Source: a virus
Taxonomy: Duplodnaviria > Caudoviricetes
Direction: 5' to 3' (one strand)
Length of the DNA: 64,000 nucleotides
Virus record (IMG/VR): IMGVR_UViG_3300014205_000003
Span: 124,070-188,069 of that record
A program made the translations under genes and the position numbers. The number at the start of each line of letters is the position of its first letter. Position 1 is the stretch's first letter. Under the pieces are notes generated by a model. That model saw nothing but the letters and a program-made list of their open reading frames with translations, was not told where the DNA came from and did no database searches. Of the stretch, positions 1 through 10,275 are shown one piece after another.

Positions 1-122
1 GAAGTGTTGAGTGCGGAAAATTTCGATACTAGGAAGTGGGCGCGTTTTGCTAAGCAGACTCGTCAGTCTGACGCTACGTCCAAAGTTAAAGACGCTACTT
101 ATGTGATTGTCAGGAATTTCGT

Positions 123-3100
123 ATGCGGTGGAGACTGCGGGTGAGATACGTTGTAGGCATTACGCAGAGATTAACACGCTATCACGAGATTGTAGTAGAA
201 GCAAAGAACATGCGAGAAGCTTCTGAAAAAGCTTTCTCTGCCGCTGAGGATTACGAACACTGGGACGAATGTGACGAAGCAGATCATGATTATCTGGTCG
301 ATTCAATAAACAAAGAAACAAAGGACACCGACTAATGCAGTACACCCTCATCAACGCTGACACTAATGTTAAGCTCGTCGTCAAAACCCTCAAGGGCTTT
401 ACCGTAGAGACTAAGTATGTTGCAGACGGAACGAAGCTGGATGCCTTCGTGTATCTTCGTGCTGAAAGTGGCGATCGCTACTTCCTCGACTGCAAGAATG
501 CTTCCAGTGGCTTCTTGGTTCGTAAGAACGAGAGTTATGTCGTCTACTGCGAGTCTCTCACGACTATCTGCAGTGGTCGTCAGTTCGCTGTGGAGATGCT
601 CAAGGCTTACGCAGACTTGTATGCAGACTCTGTCAAGAAGTTGATTGCTCTGGATGTGGACGACGAGAAGTTCTTCAAGGCTGAAGCAGACTCCTTGAAT
701 CAGTGTGAGAAGTTCAACAACGTGATGAAAGAGACTGCTAAGCGGTCGCACAAGAAAGGTGGGAAGTAACATGACTTTGAAAAGCACTTGGGACAGACTT
801 CTGCGAAAGTTCAACAAGCCGTCTTCAGATGCTCGTCGGATTGAAGTTCCTGAGGCCAATGTGGACGCTCTGCTGAGTCTATGGGACAAACACAAAGTTC
901 AAGGGTCTATAAAGAACGCGTTGGAGTTGGATAAGTACGCTTTTCAGATCTGTCCAGCGATGACGGAGTGGGGTGGAGATGCCGACTGGAATCTACATGT
1001 CGGTAATGGTAAGTTGTGGATTGTGGAAGATGTCTGAGAAAGAGTTGACAGAGCTTCTTTACAGGTGTCATCCGTTTTTGATTCATTCTCTTTGTACTAT
1101 TCCAAAGGACAACAGAGAATACAAAGATGCGGTGGCACTTGTTGAAGAAGTGAATACTGTTCTTTACGGTGATATTGACAAACTCCTTACAAAACACTCA
1201 AACAACAAGGAACAAAGCAAATGACAACAGAAACCAAAGTGGAAGAGAAACCTGTGGAAGCTAAGACGGAGCCCGTTAAGGTTAAGCGTGAACCTATGAA
1301 GGGCTTGAAGGCTTTGCGTGCTGTTAGTGACAAGAAGCCGTCTTTTGTCTGTGAGAACTGCAAGTGTGTTCGCTACAGTAAGTGTGGCTGCAAGAAGAAC
1401 CAGTAAGATGTTGAAGTACTATGTAAAGTGTAGAGGGGAAACCGTATCTGACGCTAGAGTTATTCCTTCGTACTTGAAAATAGGCAACAGCCTTTGTACA
1501 TGTCCTCCAATCTATGCTAGAGCGGCAGCTGAGCACTTTGACAGCTACGACGACGTTCGTGGTGTCATATCATGGCCTCTCAACTTCACAATTGTGGATG
1601 AAGAGGAGAAGGAGTGGACGATTCGCGTCGACAAGATTACAGAACCTATCTATGTGGTTATGGAGACCGAGGAATAATGCTTAAGTACTACATCAAAGAG
1701 TATGGTAATGGACCTGAGGATGCTCAAGAGCTTCCTTCAGGTGTCTGGAACTGTGATACAGATTGTGCTGAGGACTTTGCAGAAGCTGCCGCAGCTTATG
1801 ATCACGATCACCATGATGGCTGGGAATGTACTTGGCCTATTGTCTATACTGTTGTCTACGACGACGGTACAGAAGTAGATCTTGAGGTAGAGCGAGAGTT
1901 TGATCCTATCTTTTCTGCGTGTGAGGTACATCGTGCAAAAGACTAAAGTCGTCATCTACGTAGCTGGAGGAGTCGTTCAGGAAGTTCTGTCAAACGATCC
2001 AGAGATTGAGATCGTACTGATGGACCAAGACAACTGGGACGAAGATCCAGACAGTGTTGGACTGTTTGACGAAGCCTATGCAGTTGCTGTCAAAGATACA
2101 GACTGTGTGCCCTTCTGATGAAACCCTCAACTGTTCGCAGATCTTTGGAGCTTCAAGGTCTTGGCAAAACTTTGGAGCTCGCAAAGGTCGTGGAAGTAAG
2201 TAAAACACAAGGTCGAATGTTTCTGTACATTGAGGAGATTGAAGGAACAGACACTTGGCGTCTGACATACGACAAGAGACTTATTCCAGAGATCCGAGAC
2301 TTACAGAGCATTCGAATAGTACGAGAGGATGTCTGAATGACGAAAAAACGAAAGAGTGTTGATGTAACTACGTTGCTTGAAAATCTGGAATGGCAACTAA
2401 AACGAAACGAAGACATGTTGAAGAAAGTTGTAGAAGAGCATAGTTATGGTGCAGCTAATTATCGCGATGGGATAATCACAGGATTGCACATAGCTATCTC
2501 AGAACTTCAGAGTGTTGCACATGTCTAATGTAAGCGGAGCACTGCCATGTCCTACACAAATCTAAGTAGCGTTGACTGTCATACGAAGAAGCGACGAACC
2601 TGTGAGTGGTGTGGAGAAGTAATCTTTGCAGGAGCCTGCTGTCACAGGATAACAGGTGTCTTTGATTGGGAAATGGTTAGTCAGTATCTTCATCCAGAGT
2701 GTTATGCTGTTCTCCAACTTCACAATTTTGATCCCTACGAAGATGACTACGAACCGTCTGGCTACTACAGGGGATTTGACGTAAATACAGAACAATGTAC
2801 CAAAGAGGAGATGCTCCTTGGCTAAACAAACAGTAGTAAATGTGAAAGAGTTGCTTGAGTCGTTAGAAGCGACTGAGAGGGTGTGGGAAACTCGTCTTAA
2901 GGAAATTATAGCAGAAAGAGATTACGGCAAAGCACATTTTCGAGATGGGATGCTGTCAGGATTGAAAACTGCTATAGAGCAAATCAAGGAACAAGCTAGT
3001 GGTTACTAAACGAAAGGATAAGAAGAATGCCTAAGTATCGTGCGTGGATGCCTAAAACTGTGCTGGTTGAAGCTATTCTGGATTTTGACGAACCTCTGAA

Positions 3101-3272
3101 GCCTGGAAAGAAGGGTGATCACAAACGTCTTGTAGCCGCTTTCCGAGACGAAGGTGAATGTCTTGCAGTGCTTTGCAGTGACTGCGAAGAGCATATAATG
3201 TTCGAGCCAGATGATCTCGAATATACTAAGGTTGAAGATACAGAAATTGAAATCACGAAGATCAGTGACTAG
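123..3272 (+). CDS. Cluster of about 13 small hypothetical phage proteins (e.g. 123-335, 335-769, 1221-1406, 1408-1677, 1677-1946, 2118-2336, 2337-2528, 2547-2825, 2818-3009, 3027-3272)
   Basis: Abutting or overlapping + strand ORFs with RBS. Paralog pairs are visible: 1408-1677 and 1677-1946 both start MLKYYxK; 2337-2528 and 2818-3009 share V.V..LLE.LE...YG.A..RDG...GL..AI. Confidence 0.7.
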
Positions 3273-3380
3273 CCCTGATATTTTGTGATATTCGGTGCTA
3301 CATTAGAAGTCACTCAACGACACTTGAACATCCTCAAATGTCACTCAAACAAACTGCTAGAAACGAAGGAAAACACTGCT

Positions 3381-4682
3381 ATGGCTTCCCGTCCAATGAA
3401 ATCTGCCTACACTAACGAAACCTCCGGTACTACTGTCGTCTATCCTGCTCTGGTGAAATCCACAGGCTATGAATGGATTCCTGCTAAGCTCTCCAGCTAT
3501 CAGTCCGTTACTCGCCTGCGCTTCCTCCCAAGCTTCGATGAACGCGGTCAAGAACTGGATGCTCTCGTTCCAGACGGCAACAAAGAGAATCCCGATACCT
3601 GTCTTGGCGATGCCTTCATTAAGGAAGAAGTCTTTGCTTCCTACAAGAACGGCGTTCAAGCTCTTACCATTACCAGCTTGAATCCTCTTGATCGTAAGGG
3701 AAATCCCATCCCTATGACCAATCGTACAGTTGCCAACAATATCGTTGGTGCTTATAATTGGCAGTGCGCTACGTCTGAACTGCGTACGCAGAAGGGCTAC
3801 GAAGCTACCGCTCCTGACAACTGGGTTCAGCTCTTCCGCAAGAAGGTTACCAACAACAATAAGCCGAAGAGTGCTCTGCTTACTCGTTGTCTTGCTATTC
3901 AGGTTGACGGACAGTGCCGCTACGATCAGCAGAAGAACATCAGTCCGTACTTGGGCGTCTTTCAGATTCCTGCAAGTGCCTTGGCTTCCTTCTATGAGAA
4001 TCTGCTGAAGCGTCGTGATCCTAAAGTTGGGTTTGTTCCCAGCAATATGGTCGCTCAGGCTGACATGTTCAGCTGTCGCAGTGGTTATTCAATTGAGCTC
4101 AGTAAGACTCTGAAGAAGGGTCAGGATGGTAAGGACAGTGCTGTCTATACGCTGACTGCCTTTGAGCCTACGCCACTGCCTGTGGATCAGGTTCTGCAGA
4201 TGTATCAGCCGTGGGACAAGTTGATTGTCTATCCGACTATCGAAGATCAGATCGAGTTCTTCGTTGACTTACTTGGGCCTGAAGCTGTCGACTTCGGTTT
4301 GCGTGAGAGTCCCTTTGCGTCGTACATTCCTGCAGCGATTCAGGGAGCAGCTAAGGGGATTGTGCGCGAACAGTTGAAGTGGGATCAGGTCAAGGCTCTT
4401 CCTGTGAAGCAGTCCCCCAATGTTCACATGCCCACTCCTCCTGCCACTCCTCAGCAACCTGCTCCTGCGAAGGACAACATTGATTATGGGACTGCTCCTG
4501 CTCAGACTCAGGCAGCTCCTGCAATCAGTATGCCTACGGCACGTCCTCCTGCGATGAAGGTTAGTGCTCCTACTGGAGATGAGCCTGACGAAGAGACTCC
4601 AGAGGCTCCTCCGAGTGCCAACGACTTCTCGAATCGTCTTGCCGGTATGGCAGGACAGTTCAAGTTGCCGACTAGCAAGTAA
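3381..4682 (+). CDS. Large hypothetical protein, possibly ssDNA-binding or recombination accessory
   Basis: ATG 3381 follows AAGGA. Strong codon bias, Pro/Ala-rich then acidic C-terminal tail, located just upstream of the RecA-like gene. Function is inference only. Confidence 0.45.
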   Translation: MASRPMKSAYTNETSGTTVVYPALVKSTGYEWIPAKLSSYQSVTRLRFLPSFDERGQELDALVPDGNKENPDTCLGDAFIKEEVFASYKNGVQALTITSLNPLDRKGNPIPMTNRTVANNIVGAYNWQCATSELRTQKGYEATAPDNWVQLFRKKVTNNNKPKSALLTRCLAIQVDGQCRYDQQKNISPYLGVFQIPASALASFYENLLKRRDPKVGFVPSNMVAQADMFSCRSGYSIELSKTLKKGQDGKDSAVYTLTAFEPTPLPVDQVLQMYQPWDKLIVYPTIEDQIEFFVDLLGPEAVDFGLRESPFASYIPAAIQGAAKGIVREQLKWDQVKALPVKQSPNVHMPTPPATPQQPAPAKDNIDYGTAPAQTQAAPAISMPTARPPAMKVSAPTGDEPDEETPEAPPSANDFSNRLAGMAGQFKLPTSK

Positions 4683-4695
4683 GTAGTTCCTCCTG

Positions 4696-4734
4696 TCCCT
4701 AGGATTGCTCAGAAGTTCTGAGTGGTCCTAGGGA
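4696..4734 (+). terminator. Long stem-loop after the 3381-4682 gene
   Basis: tccctaggattgctcagaa / ttctgagtggtcctaggga followed by ttccttt. Confidence 0.6.
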
Positions 4735-4746
4735 TTCCTTTCAAAC

Positions 4747-4758
4747 GCACATCTGTGC
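4747..4758. repeat. Dispersed palindrome GCACA-TC-TGTGC, copy 1 (intergenic)
   Basis: aaacGCACATCTGTGCacttt. Confidence 0.85.
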
Positions 4759-4781
4759 ACTTTACCAGAAGGATTCTGTAG

Positions 4782-5289
4782 ATGAGTCGTGCTTACAACA
4801 TGCGTATCGTTGTTAATGCTTTTAATGCAGACAAAAAAGCTGACATTAAGCAAGCAGTTGAAGCTGAGTGGGATATTGACGAGTGGGGTGTAGACGATTT
4901 ATCAGACATTGAAGGCTATGGAGAATCTTCCTTGTGCGGTGGCGAAACTGAAGATGAGTTCTCTGTGAGGATTATGCAAGCTATTTGGAAAGCCAACGAT
5001 GCGTACTGCAACGTTGAGGTCTATGCCACAGACTTAGAGACATCAGCTGACGGTTATTACGGCGATCCAGAAGACTATGAAGCGTGGATAAATGCCAAAA
5101 CAAAGTAACGACACTTGGTATTATGGCTCAGGTAAGTACAGGGTTCTCTGTGACATCTGCAAAGCACCTGTGAGTGATCGTCTTACAGATATGCGAGAAC
5201 ACTTGGTGGATAAGCATTTCCTGTCTGTGGATGACATGGATGATAAAGACATTATTGATAGTTTCTCAGACAACAAAAAAGGTGAATAA
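4782..5289 (+). CDS. Two small hypothetical proteins (4782-5108; 5092-5289, the latter C2H2 zinc-finger-like)
   Basis: ORF track; CDIC...HLVDKH in the second. Confidence 0.6.
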
Positions 5290-5291
5290 TT

Positions 5292-6584
5292 ATGGCACGT
5301 ACTCGCAATCCTGACGCTCCTGTTAAAGAGAAACCTGTCAAGACAGACTGCTTCCAAGATCAGCTCTTCGACGCAGCTGTCAAGCAGTTCGGAAGTGCTG
5401 TCTCAGGCTGGGACGACTTCCTGAAAAGTACTTACGGTGTTCCTATCCATAACAATCTGCCCCTGCAGTACCTTGTGGGTGTTGATGTCATTCCTCTTGG
5501 TCGTATGATCAACGTTGTAGGTCCTTGGGGTGTGACTAAGAGTTCCTTCAGCTGGTACTTGGCAACTCTCTTCATGCGCTTCAGTGGCATGGTGATGTTT
5601 CTTGACTCTGAAGGCAAGTCGAATGAATCGCAGACTCGTGCAATGGTTTCTACCTATCTCGAGATGGAAAAGATGCACAACAAGTGGTTCCATCACGACA
5701 AAGCTACAACCCTTGATCAGCTGCTCGACTTCAACGTTTGGTACATCAAGCAGGTCTCTGAGATGGGTGGTAAGGCTATCAATACGCCTATCATGCTCTT
5801 GAACGACTCCCTTGGCGCTATCACCAGTGAAGAAGCTGTTGAAGGTCGTATGAACGATGAAGACATTAAGGGCTTCTCCGCTGCACGTAATGCTTCTAAG
5901 CTGAAGGAAGATATCCAAGTCTTTGCAAGTGTTCTTAGGAATACACCTATTACTGGTTTGTACATCAACCATCAGAAGAAGGTTGTTGATCAGAATGGTG
6001 GACGAGCTTCTTATCTGCCTGCTTTGAAGTCTGAAACTGGCGGCGAGCATCAGCGCTTCCAGTACACTTGGATTCTTGAACTGAATCAGATTCGTACCGA
6101 CAAAGGTATTGAGAATCAGATTCCAGTCTTCAAGATTACTACCAAGAAGAATGCGACTGGTCCTAAGCGCGACAAGGGCATTGAAGTGCCCTACGAACGC
6201 TTGTGGAGGGGTGAACAGGTAGAAGGCAATGAGTTGCTCTGGTATGATTGGAATGCGTCTCTGGCGATGCTTCTGACAGATGATAAGATCATGGACTTGG
6301 CTGAAGTGGCTAAGGTCTTTGACATTACCTGTAAGGGTAATCGCTATTCCAGTAAGGAGCTTGGTTTGGATAAGGTGATGGATCGTGAGATGGGAGCGGC
6401 GATCCATGCCAATCCAGAACTCGTAAAACGTCTGCAGGATACTGTTTTGCAGATTCGCAGGAAACCTACATATGGAAAACTCATCGACGGCATCGATCGC
6501 GGCAATCCTGGAGTCGAACTTCTTGCAGCACCAGCAGGAAGCGATGGGCAAGAAATGTCAGGAAGCCCGGAACAAGCTCCTTAA
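5292..6584 (+). CDS. RecA/UvsX-like recombinase
   Basis: GRMINVVGPWGVTKSS (Walker A region), FLDSE, LLNDSLGA (Walker B), YINHQ and TGG motifs in RecA order. Confidence 0.8.
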   Translation: MARTRNPDAPVKEKPVKTDCFQDQLFDAAVKQFGSAVSGWDDFLKSTYGVPIHNNLPLQYLVGVDVIPLGRMINVVGPWGVTKSSFSWYLATLFMRFSGMVMFLDSEGKSNESQTRAMVSTYLEMEKMHNKWFHHDKATTLDQLLDFNVWYIKQVSEMGGKAINTPIMLLNDSLGAITSEEAVEGRMNDEDIKGFSAARNASKLKEDIQVFASVLRNTPITGLYINHQKKVVDQNGGRASYLPALKSETGGEHQRFQYTWILELNQIRTDKGIENQIPVFKITTKKNATGPKRDKGIEVPYERLWRGEQVEGNELLWYDWNASLAMLLTDDKIMDLAEVAKVFDITCKGNRYSSKELGLDKVMDREMGAAIHANPELVKRLQDTVLQIRRKPTYGKLIDGIDRGNPGVELLAAPAGSDGQEMSGSPEQAP

Positions 6585-7058
6585 GAAAGTCTACTTGAGG
6601 ATCTGTCCGTTCTTTGAAGTAACACAGCAGGACGTCTACAATCTTTGGAACAATGAGTATGACGATCCTGCTACGTTACTCAAGGATTACTGCAAGAACA
6701 CAAGTGTCTTAGGTCGACTGGAAGTTTGCACAGATACGTTTACATTAGCTGAATTCTTTCACACGAAGTTCCCAAAGTCCGACTTGGGTAAGAAGTTAAT
6801 TGAAAGACATAAAGAGAGTTCGGGTAGTGTTACAGCTATTCGGATAACGGGTCTAGGACTTTGGTACTTGACTGGAAAGAATCCTGTACAGACTATTGCA
6901 GGATGTCCTTATTTGTATTTGCCTTTGTTGGAATCAGCAAACAATCTGGCTAGAAGTTATTACGCATATCCTGAGAGAGCTTTCCTGTCGATGTTCAAGA
7001 CTGCCAACATTGACTTGAGCTCTATGAAGGAACCTAAAGATGACACGGAGTATTATCG

Positions 7059-7607
7059 ATGATTGATCTTGTAAAACTTCATCTAGGTTGTGGGAAGGTT
7101 ATCCTTCCGGGCTTTGTAAACATGGATGCTAGACAGTTGGAAGGTGTAGACATTGTAACAGATGTCTTCACCTTGCCTACTGTTGAGAAGAACTCTGTAG
7201 ACTTGATCTACGCATCTCATATCTTTGAGCATGTTCCTCGACCAGACACGAAGAAGGTACTTACACGTTGGTATGATGTGCTGAAGCCTGGTGGAACTTT
7301 ACGTCTGGCAGTTCCCAACTTCTTAGCAATTGTAGAGCAGTACAATGAGAAGAGTAACTTGAAAGAGTTGTTAGGATTGCTGTATGGACGTCAGGACTAT
7401 CCCGGAAACGCACACATGTGCACTTATGACATGTGGACTTTGCATGATCTGTTAGTGGAAGTAGGCTTTCCTCATCCGAGGAGATACGACTGGCATGACA
7501 CAGAGCACGCAGATGTGGATGATTGTTCGCAAAGTTTTCTCCCGCATCTTGATAAGATCTACGGAAGACTGATGTCCCTAAACATGGAAGCAAGGAAACC
7601 TAAATGA
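7059..7607 (+). CDS. Class I SAM-dependent methyltransferase
   Basis: KLHLGCG, SVDLIYASHIFEH, VLKPGGTLRLAVPN. Confidence 0.85.
   Translation: MIDLVKLHLGCGKVILPGFVNMDARQLEGVDIVTDVFTLPTVEKNSVDLIYASHIFEHVPRPDTKKVLTRWYDVLKPGGTLRLAVPNFLAIVEQYNEKSNLKELLGLLYGRQDYPGNAHMCTYDMWTLHDLLVEVGFPHPRRYDWHDTEHADVDDCSQSFLPHLDKIYGRLMSLNMEARKPK
7410..7421. repeat. Palindrome variant GCACA-CA-TGTGC, copy 2 (inside CDS)
   Basis: aaacGCACACATGTGCactt, with the same flanks as other copies. Confidence 0.7.
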
Positions 7608-7782
7608 AAAGTAGGATTGAAGTGCTTGAAGGTGTTTTGAAGATTGATGAACATGATTATATGGGTGGTGCGTCTGTCAACAAGTACTGTCTGTCAGATC
7701 TGTTTGAAGACCACAACGGCAAACGCATTCGTGTCACTGTACAAGTACTCGACGAAGAAGAACAAGAAAAGGATTGGGAAAC

Positions 7783-8286
7783 ATGATCTACATCGGAATA
7801 GACAACGGAGTCTCTGGAAGTATTGGAATTGTTGCCGATGACGGCACAGTTCTCCACTTCGGCCCAACGCCTGTCAAAGAGTACTTGAACTATGTGAAGA
7901 AAGTCGCTCACATCAATCGACTCGATCGTCCTGTCTTCAAGGACTTGCTTGCCAAGTACAGTTCGGTTGCTGGACAAGTGCGTATAGGCATTGAACGTCC
8001 TATGGTGAATCCTATGCGATTTGCCGCTACTATCAGTGCTGTCCGAATGCTTGAGGCAATGGAAGGTGTGTTGGAAGACATGCAGCTTCCGGTGACCAAG
8101 TATGTAGACTCTAAGGAATGGCAGAAGAAACTGCTTCCAGAGGGCATTAAGGGCAGTGAAGACTTGAAGAGGGCATCTATGGAGGTAGGCACTCGTATGT
8201 GGCCTGCTCAAGCCCTTGCTATCAAGAAGCAGAAGGATGCAGACGGGCTAATGATTGCAGAGCACCTTAGGAGGATTCGAGTGTGA
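7783..8286 (+). CDS. RuvC-like Holliday junction resolvase
   Basis: YIGIDNG, IGIERP, WQK, DADGLMIA acidic motifs. Confidence 0.8.
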   Translation: MIYIGIDNGVSGSIGIVADDGTVLHFGPTPVKEYLNYVKKVAHINRLDRPVFKDLLAKYSSVAGQVRIGIERPMVNPMRFAATISAVRMLEAMEGVLEDMQLPVTKYVDSKEWQKKLLPEGIKGSEDLKRASMEVGTRMWPAQALAIKKQKDADGLMIAEHLRRIRV

Positions 8287-8502
8287 ATAGCGCTAAAGGA
8301 ATGTCCATTACGATCTGGCATCCTGTAGATGGCTACTGGCATCAACTAATCCAGATCAGTAAAGGTAACACTCGCGAGTACTACACCAACGGTGTGCTAG
8401 AGCGCGTAGAGACTCTTAATCCTGACGGTAGTTTGAAGAAGTCTGTTGTTAAAGTCAAACCTGAAAACAAAGTAACCAAAAACAAAAAGAAAGACTCATC
8501 AA

Positions 8503-9372
8503 ATGGCTAAGAAGAAAACCGAAGAGGTTTCAATCATCCCCCAGGAACGTGTTGAGATTATGTTCGACGCAGCTGTGGAAACGTTTCTCCCTCACACTGC
8601 AGTTGAGATGACTGCAGCGCTTCCTACAGATCGTGCTGGCTGTATGAAGCTCCTGATCTGCAACAGTGTCTCTGCTTGTCGCTACAACAGTATGCGCAAG
8701 TGGCACATTGGTCGCATCATCAGTGAACTCGATGCCCGTGGTGAAGAGAAGGTGATGGAAGAAGCCGCTAAGCTTACTGGCTATAAGACTCGTGAGCTTC
8801 AGCACAGCATCAAGCTGTATAAGGACTATCCGAATGTCTTGGATGTCATCAACCTTGCCTCTGTGGGCTTGGAGATGATTCAGTTCAAGCAGCTTGGAAC
8901 TATTCGTAATCCAGAGTCGCGCAAGCAGCTGACTGAGAAAGTCCTTGAGGGCAAGCTCAGCAAAGATGATTTGGCTAAGTCTGTGGACTCAGTCGTAGCT
9001 AAAGAAAAAGCTGCGAAGAAGTCTGAGAAAGATGCCGAAGCTGATCCTGATGCTCCTCCTGCAGAAGAGGAAGTTCCGAAGCCCAACTACAAGAGCTTGT
9101 ATGCTCGCACCGAAGAGCTGATGCTTCTGTTCATCAAGAACCTGCAGAACTACGAGAAAGAGCACACGGACATGTTGGAGTGGATCGGTGACCCTCAGCG
9201 TGTTCCTGCAGAAGAGTTCGATGCTGCTATGGCGATCTTCGAGGACAAGGTTGAGAAGCCGATGGAGAAGGCTCTGAAGGAACTCAACGCTACTGTCAAA
9301 GTGCTGAAGACGAAGGCTGATGAACAGGTTGAGCGTGGAAAGGTTGCTACAGCAGCGGCTAAGAAAGGGTAA
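8503..9372 (+). CDS. Helical protein with putative HTH (resembles DUF1016 N-terminal domain)
   Basis: KWHIGRII...TGYKTRELQHSIKLYKDYP pattern; coiled-coil C-terminus. Confidence 0.4.
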   Translation: MAKKKTEEVSIIPQERVEIMFDAAVETFLPHTAVEMTAALPTDRAGCMKLLICNSVSACRYNSMRKWHIGRIISELDARGEEKVMEEAAKLTGYKTRELQHSIKLYKDYPNVLDVINLASVGLEMIQFKQLGTIRNPESRKQLTEKVLEGKLSKDDLAKSVDSVVAKEKAAKKSEKDAEADPDAPPAEEEVPKPNYKSLYARTEELMLLFIKNLQNYEKEHTDMLEWIGDPQRVPAEEFDAAMAIFEDKVEKPMEKALKELNATVKVLKTKADEQVERGKVATAAAKKG

Positions 9373-9378
9373 GTACAG

Positions 9379-10275
9379 ATGATAAAAGGACGTGCTTGGT
9401 TCTCTGCAGATGATCCTATCTGTCCTGGTGGAGTAGCTTCTTACGTGAAGACGAACAGTCTTGTCTATCAAGACTTGATTGAAGCTAATCTGTTAGGTGT
9501 CAAGTGGGGTTTTACAGAACTGCAGCAAGCTTGGGACGTCCTTGCGGAGTACACGAAGGATACTGCTCACAATGCGGTATCCTCGTGGCTCTGCAACTTT
9601 ACAGGACGTGAGCTCTTACAAGAAGATCTGCAGAACCTAGCGGATACGTTTACAGGATGGCTTCCAGAGTTCTCTCAAGGATACACATTCAACAAGTGGA
9701 CTGGTGGATGTGGTGTGTGGGCTTTTCTGCACATCACTGACTGCAAGCTCTATCCAGACTTCGAACGACGTTACCAGATCACTACAAAGGTTATGAGCGG
9801 TCCTGCTTCAGGTCTTATTACACATCAGCAAATCTCTCGCAAGTTCTCTTACAGAATGCTTCATCTGCTTGGACTTCCTTATCCTCCGTATGGTGAGGAA
9901 GGAATCGATCCTCTGAATCTTGGTGACTTGTGGATGATTGCTTGGCTGGTTCCTACTCCTAAGGGAATCTCAGTAGACAACATCTCTGCAAGTCCTACGA
10001 TCAAGAAGCACAACGTCAATATTGTAGAGAGGCGTAAGGGTAAGTGTACTGGACCTGCGCGAATAGCTACTGGATGCACAGTGTTGTGTCCTGTCGGACG
10101 AAAGCTCTGTAGTTGTAGTACACATACGCAGGATTATCCAATTGCCAACTGCAAGAATGTAGTAACTCCTCACAGGGGCTACATAGCAAATGAAGGATGG
10201 TGTTCTAAATGCTTGAGAGAAGGCAGATTCCTATCCAAGAAGGATGTGTACAATGATCGCGGTGCCGGGAGGTAA
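9379..10275 (+). CDS. Hypothetical protein with Cys-rich C-terminus
   Basis: 298-aa ORF with multiple Cys/His. Confidence 0.6.
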   Translation: MIKGRAWFSADDPICPGGVASYVKTNSLVYQDLIEANLLGVKWGFTELQQAWDVLAEYTKDTAHNAVSSWLCNFTGRELLQEDLQNLADTFTGWLPEFSQGYTFNKWTGGCGVWAFLHITDCKLYPDFERRYQITTKVMSGPASGLITHQQISRKFSYRMLHLLGLPYPPYGEEGIDPLNLGDLWMIAWLVPTPKGISVDNISASPTIKKHNVNIVERRKGKCTGPARIATGCTVLCPVGRKLCSCSTHTQDYPIANCKNVVTPHRGYIANEGWCSKCLREGRFLSKKDVYNDRGAGR

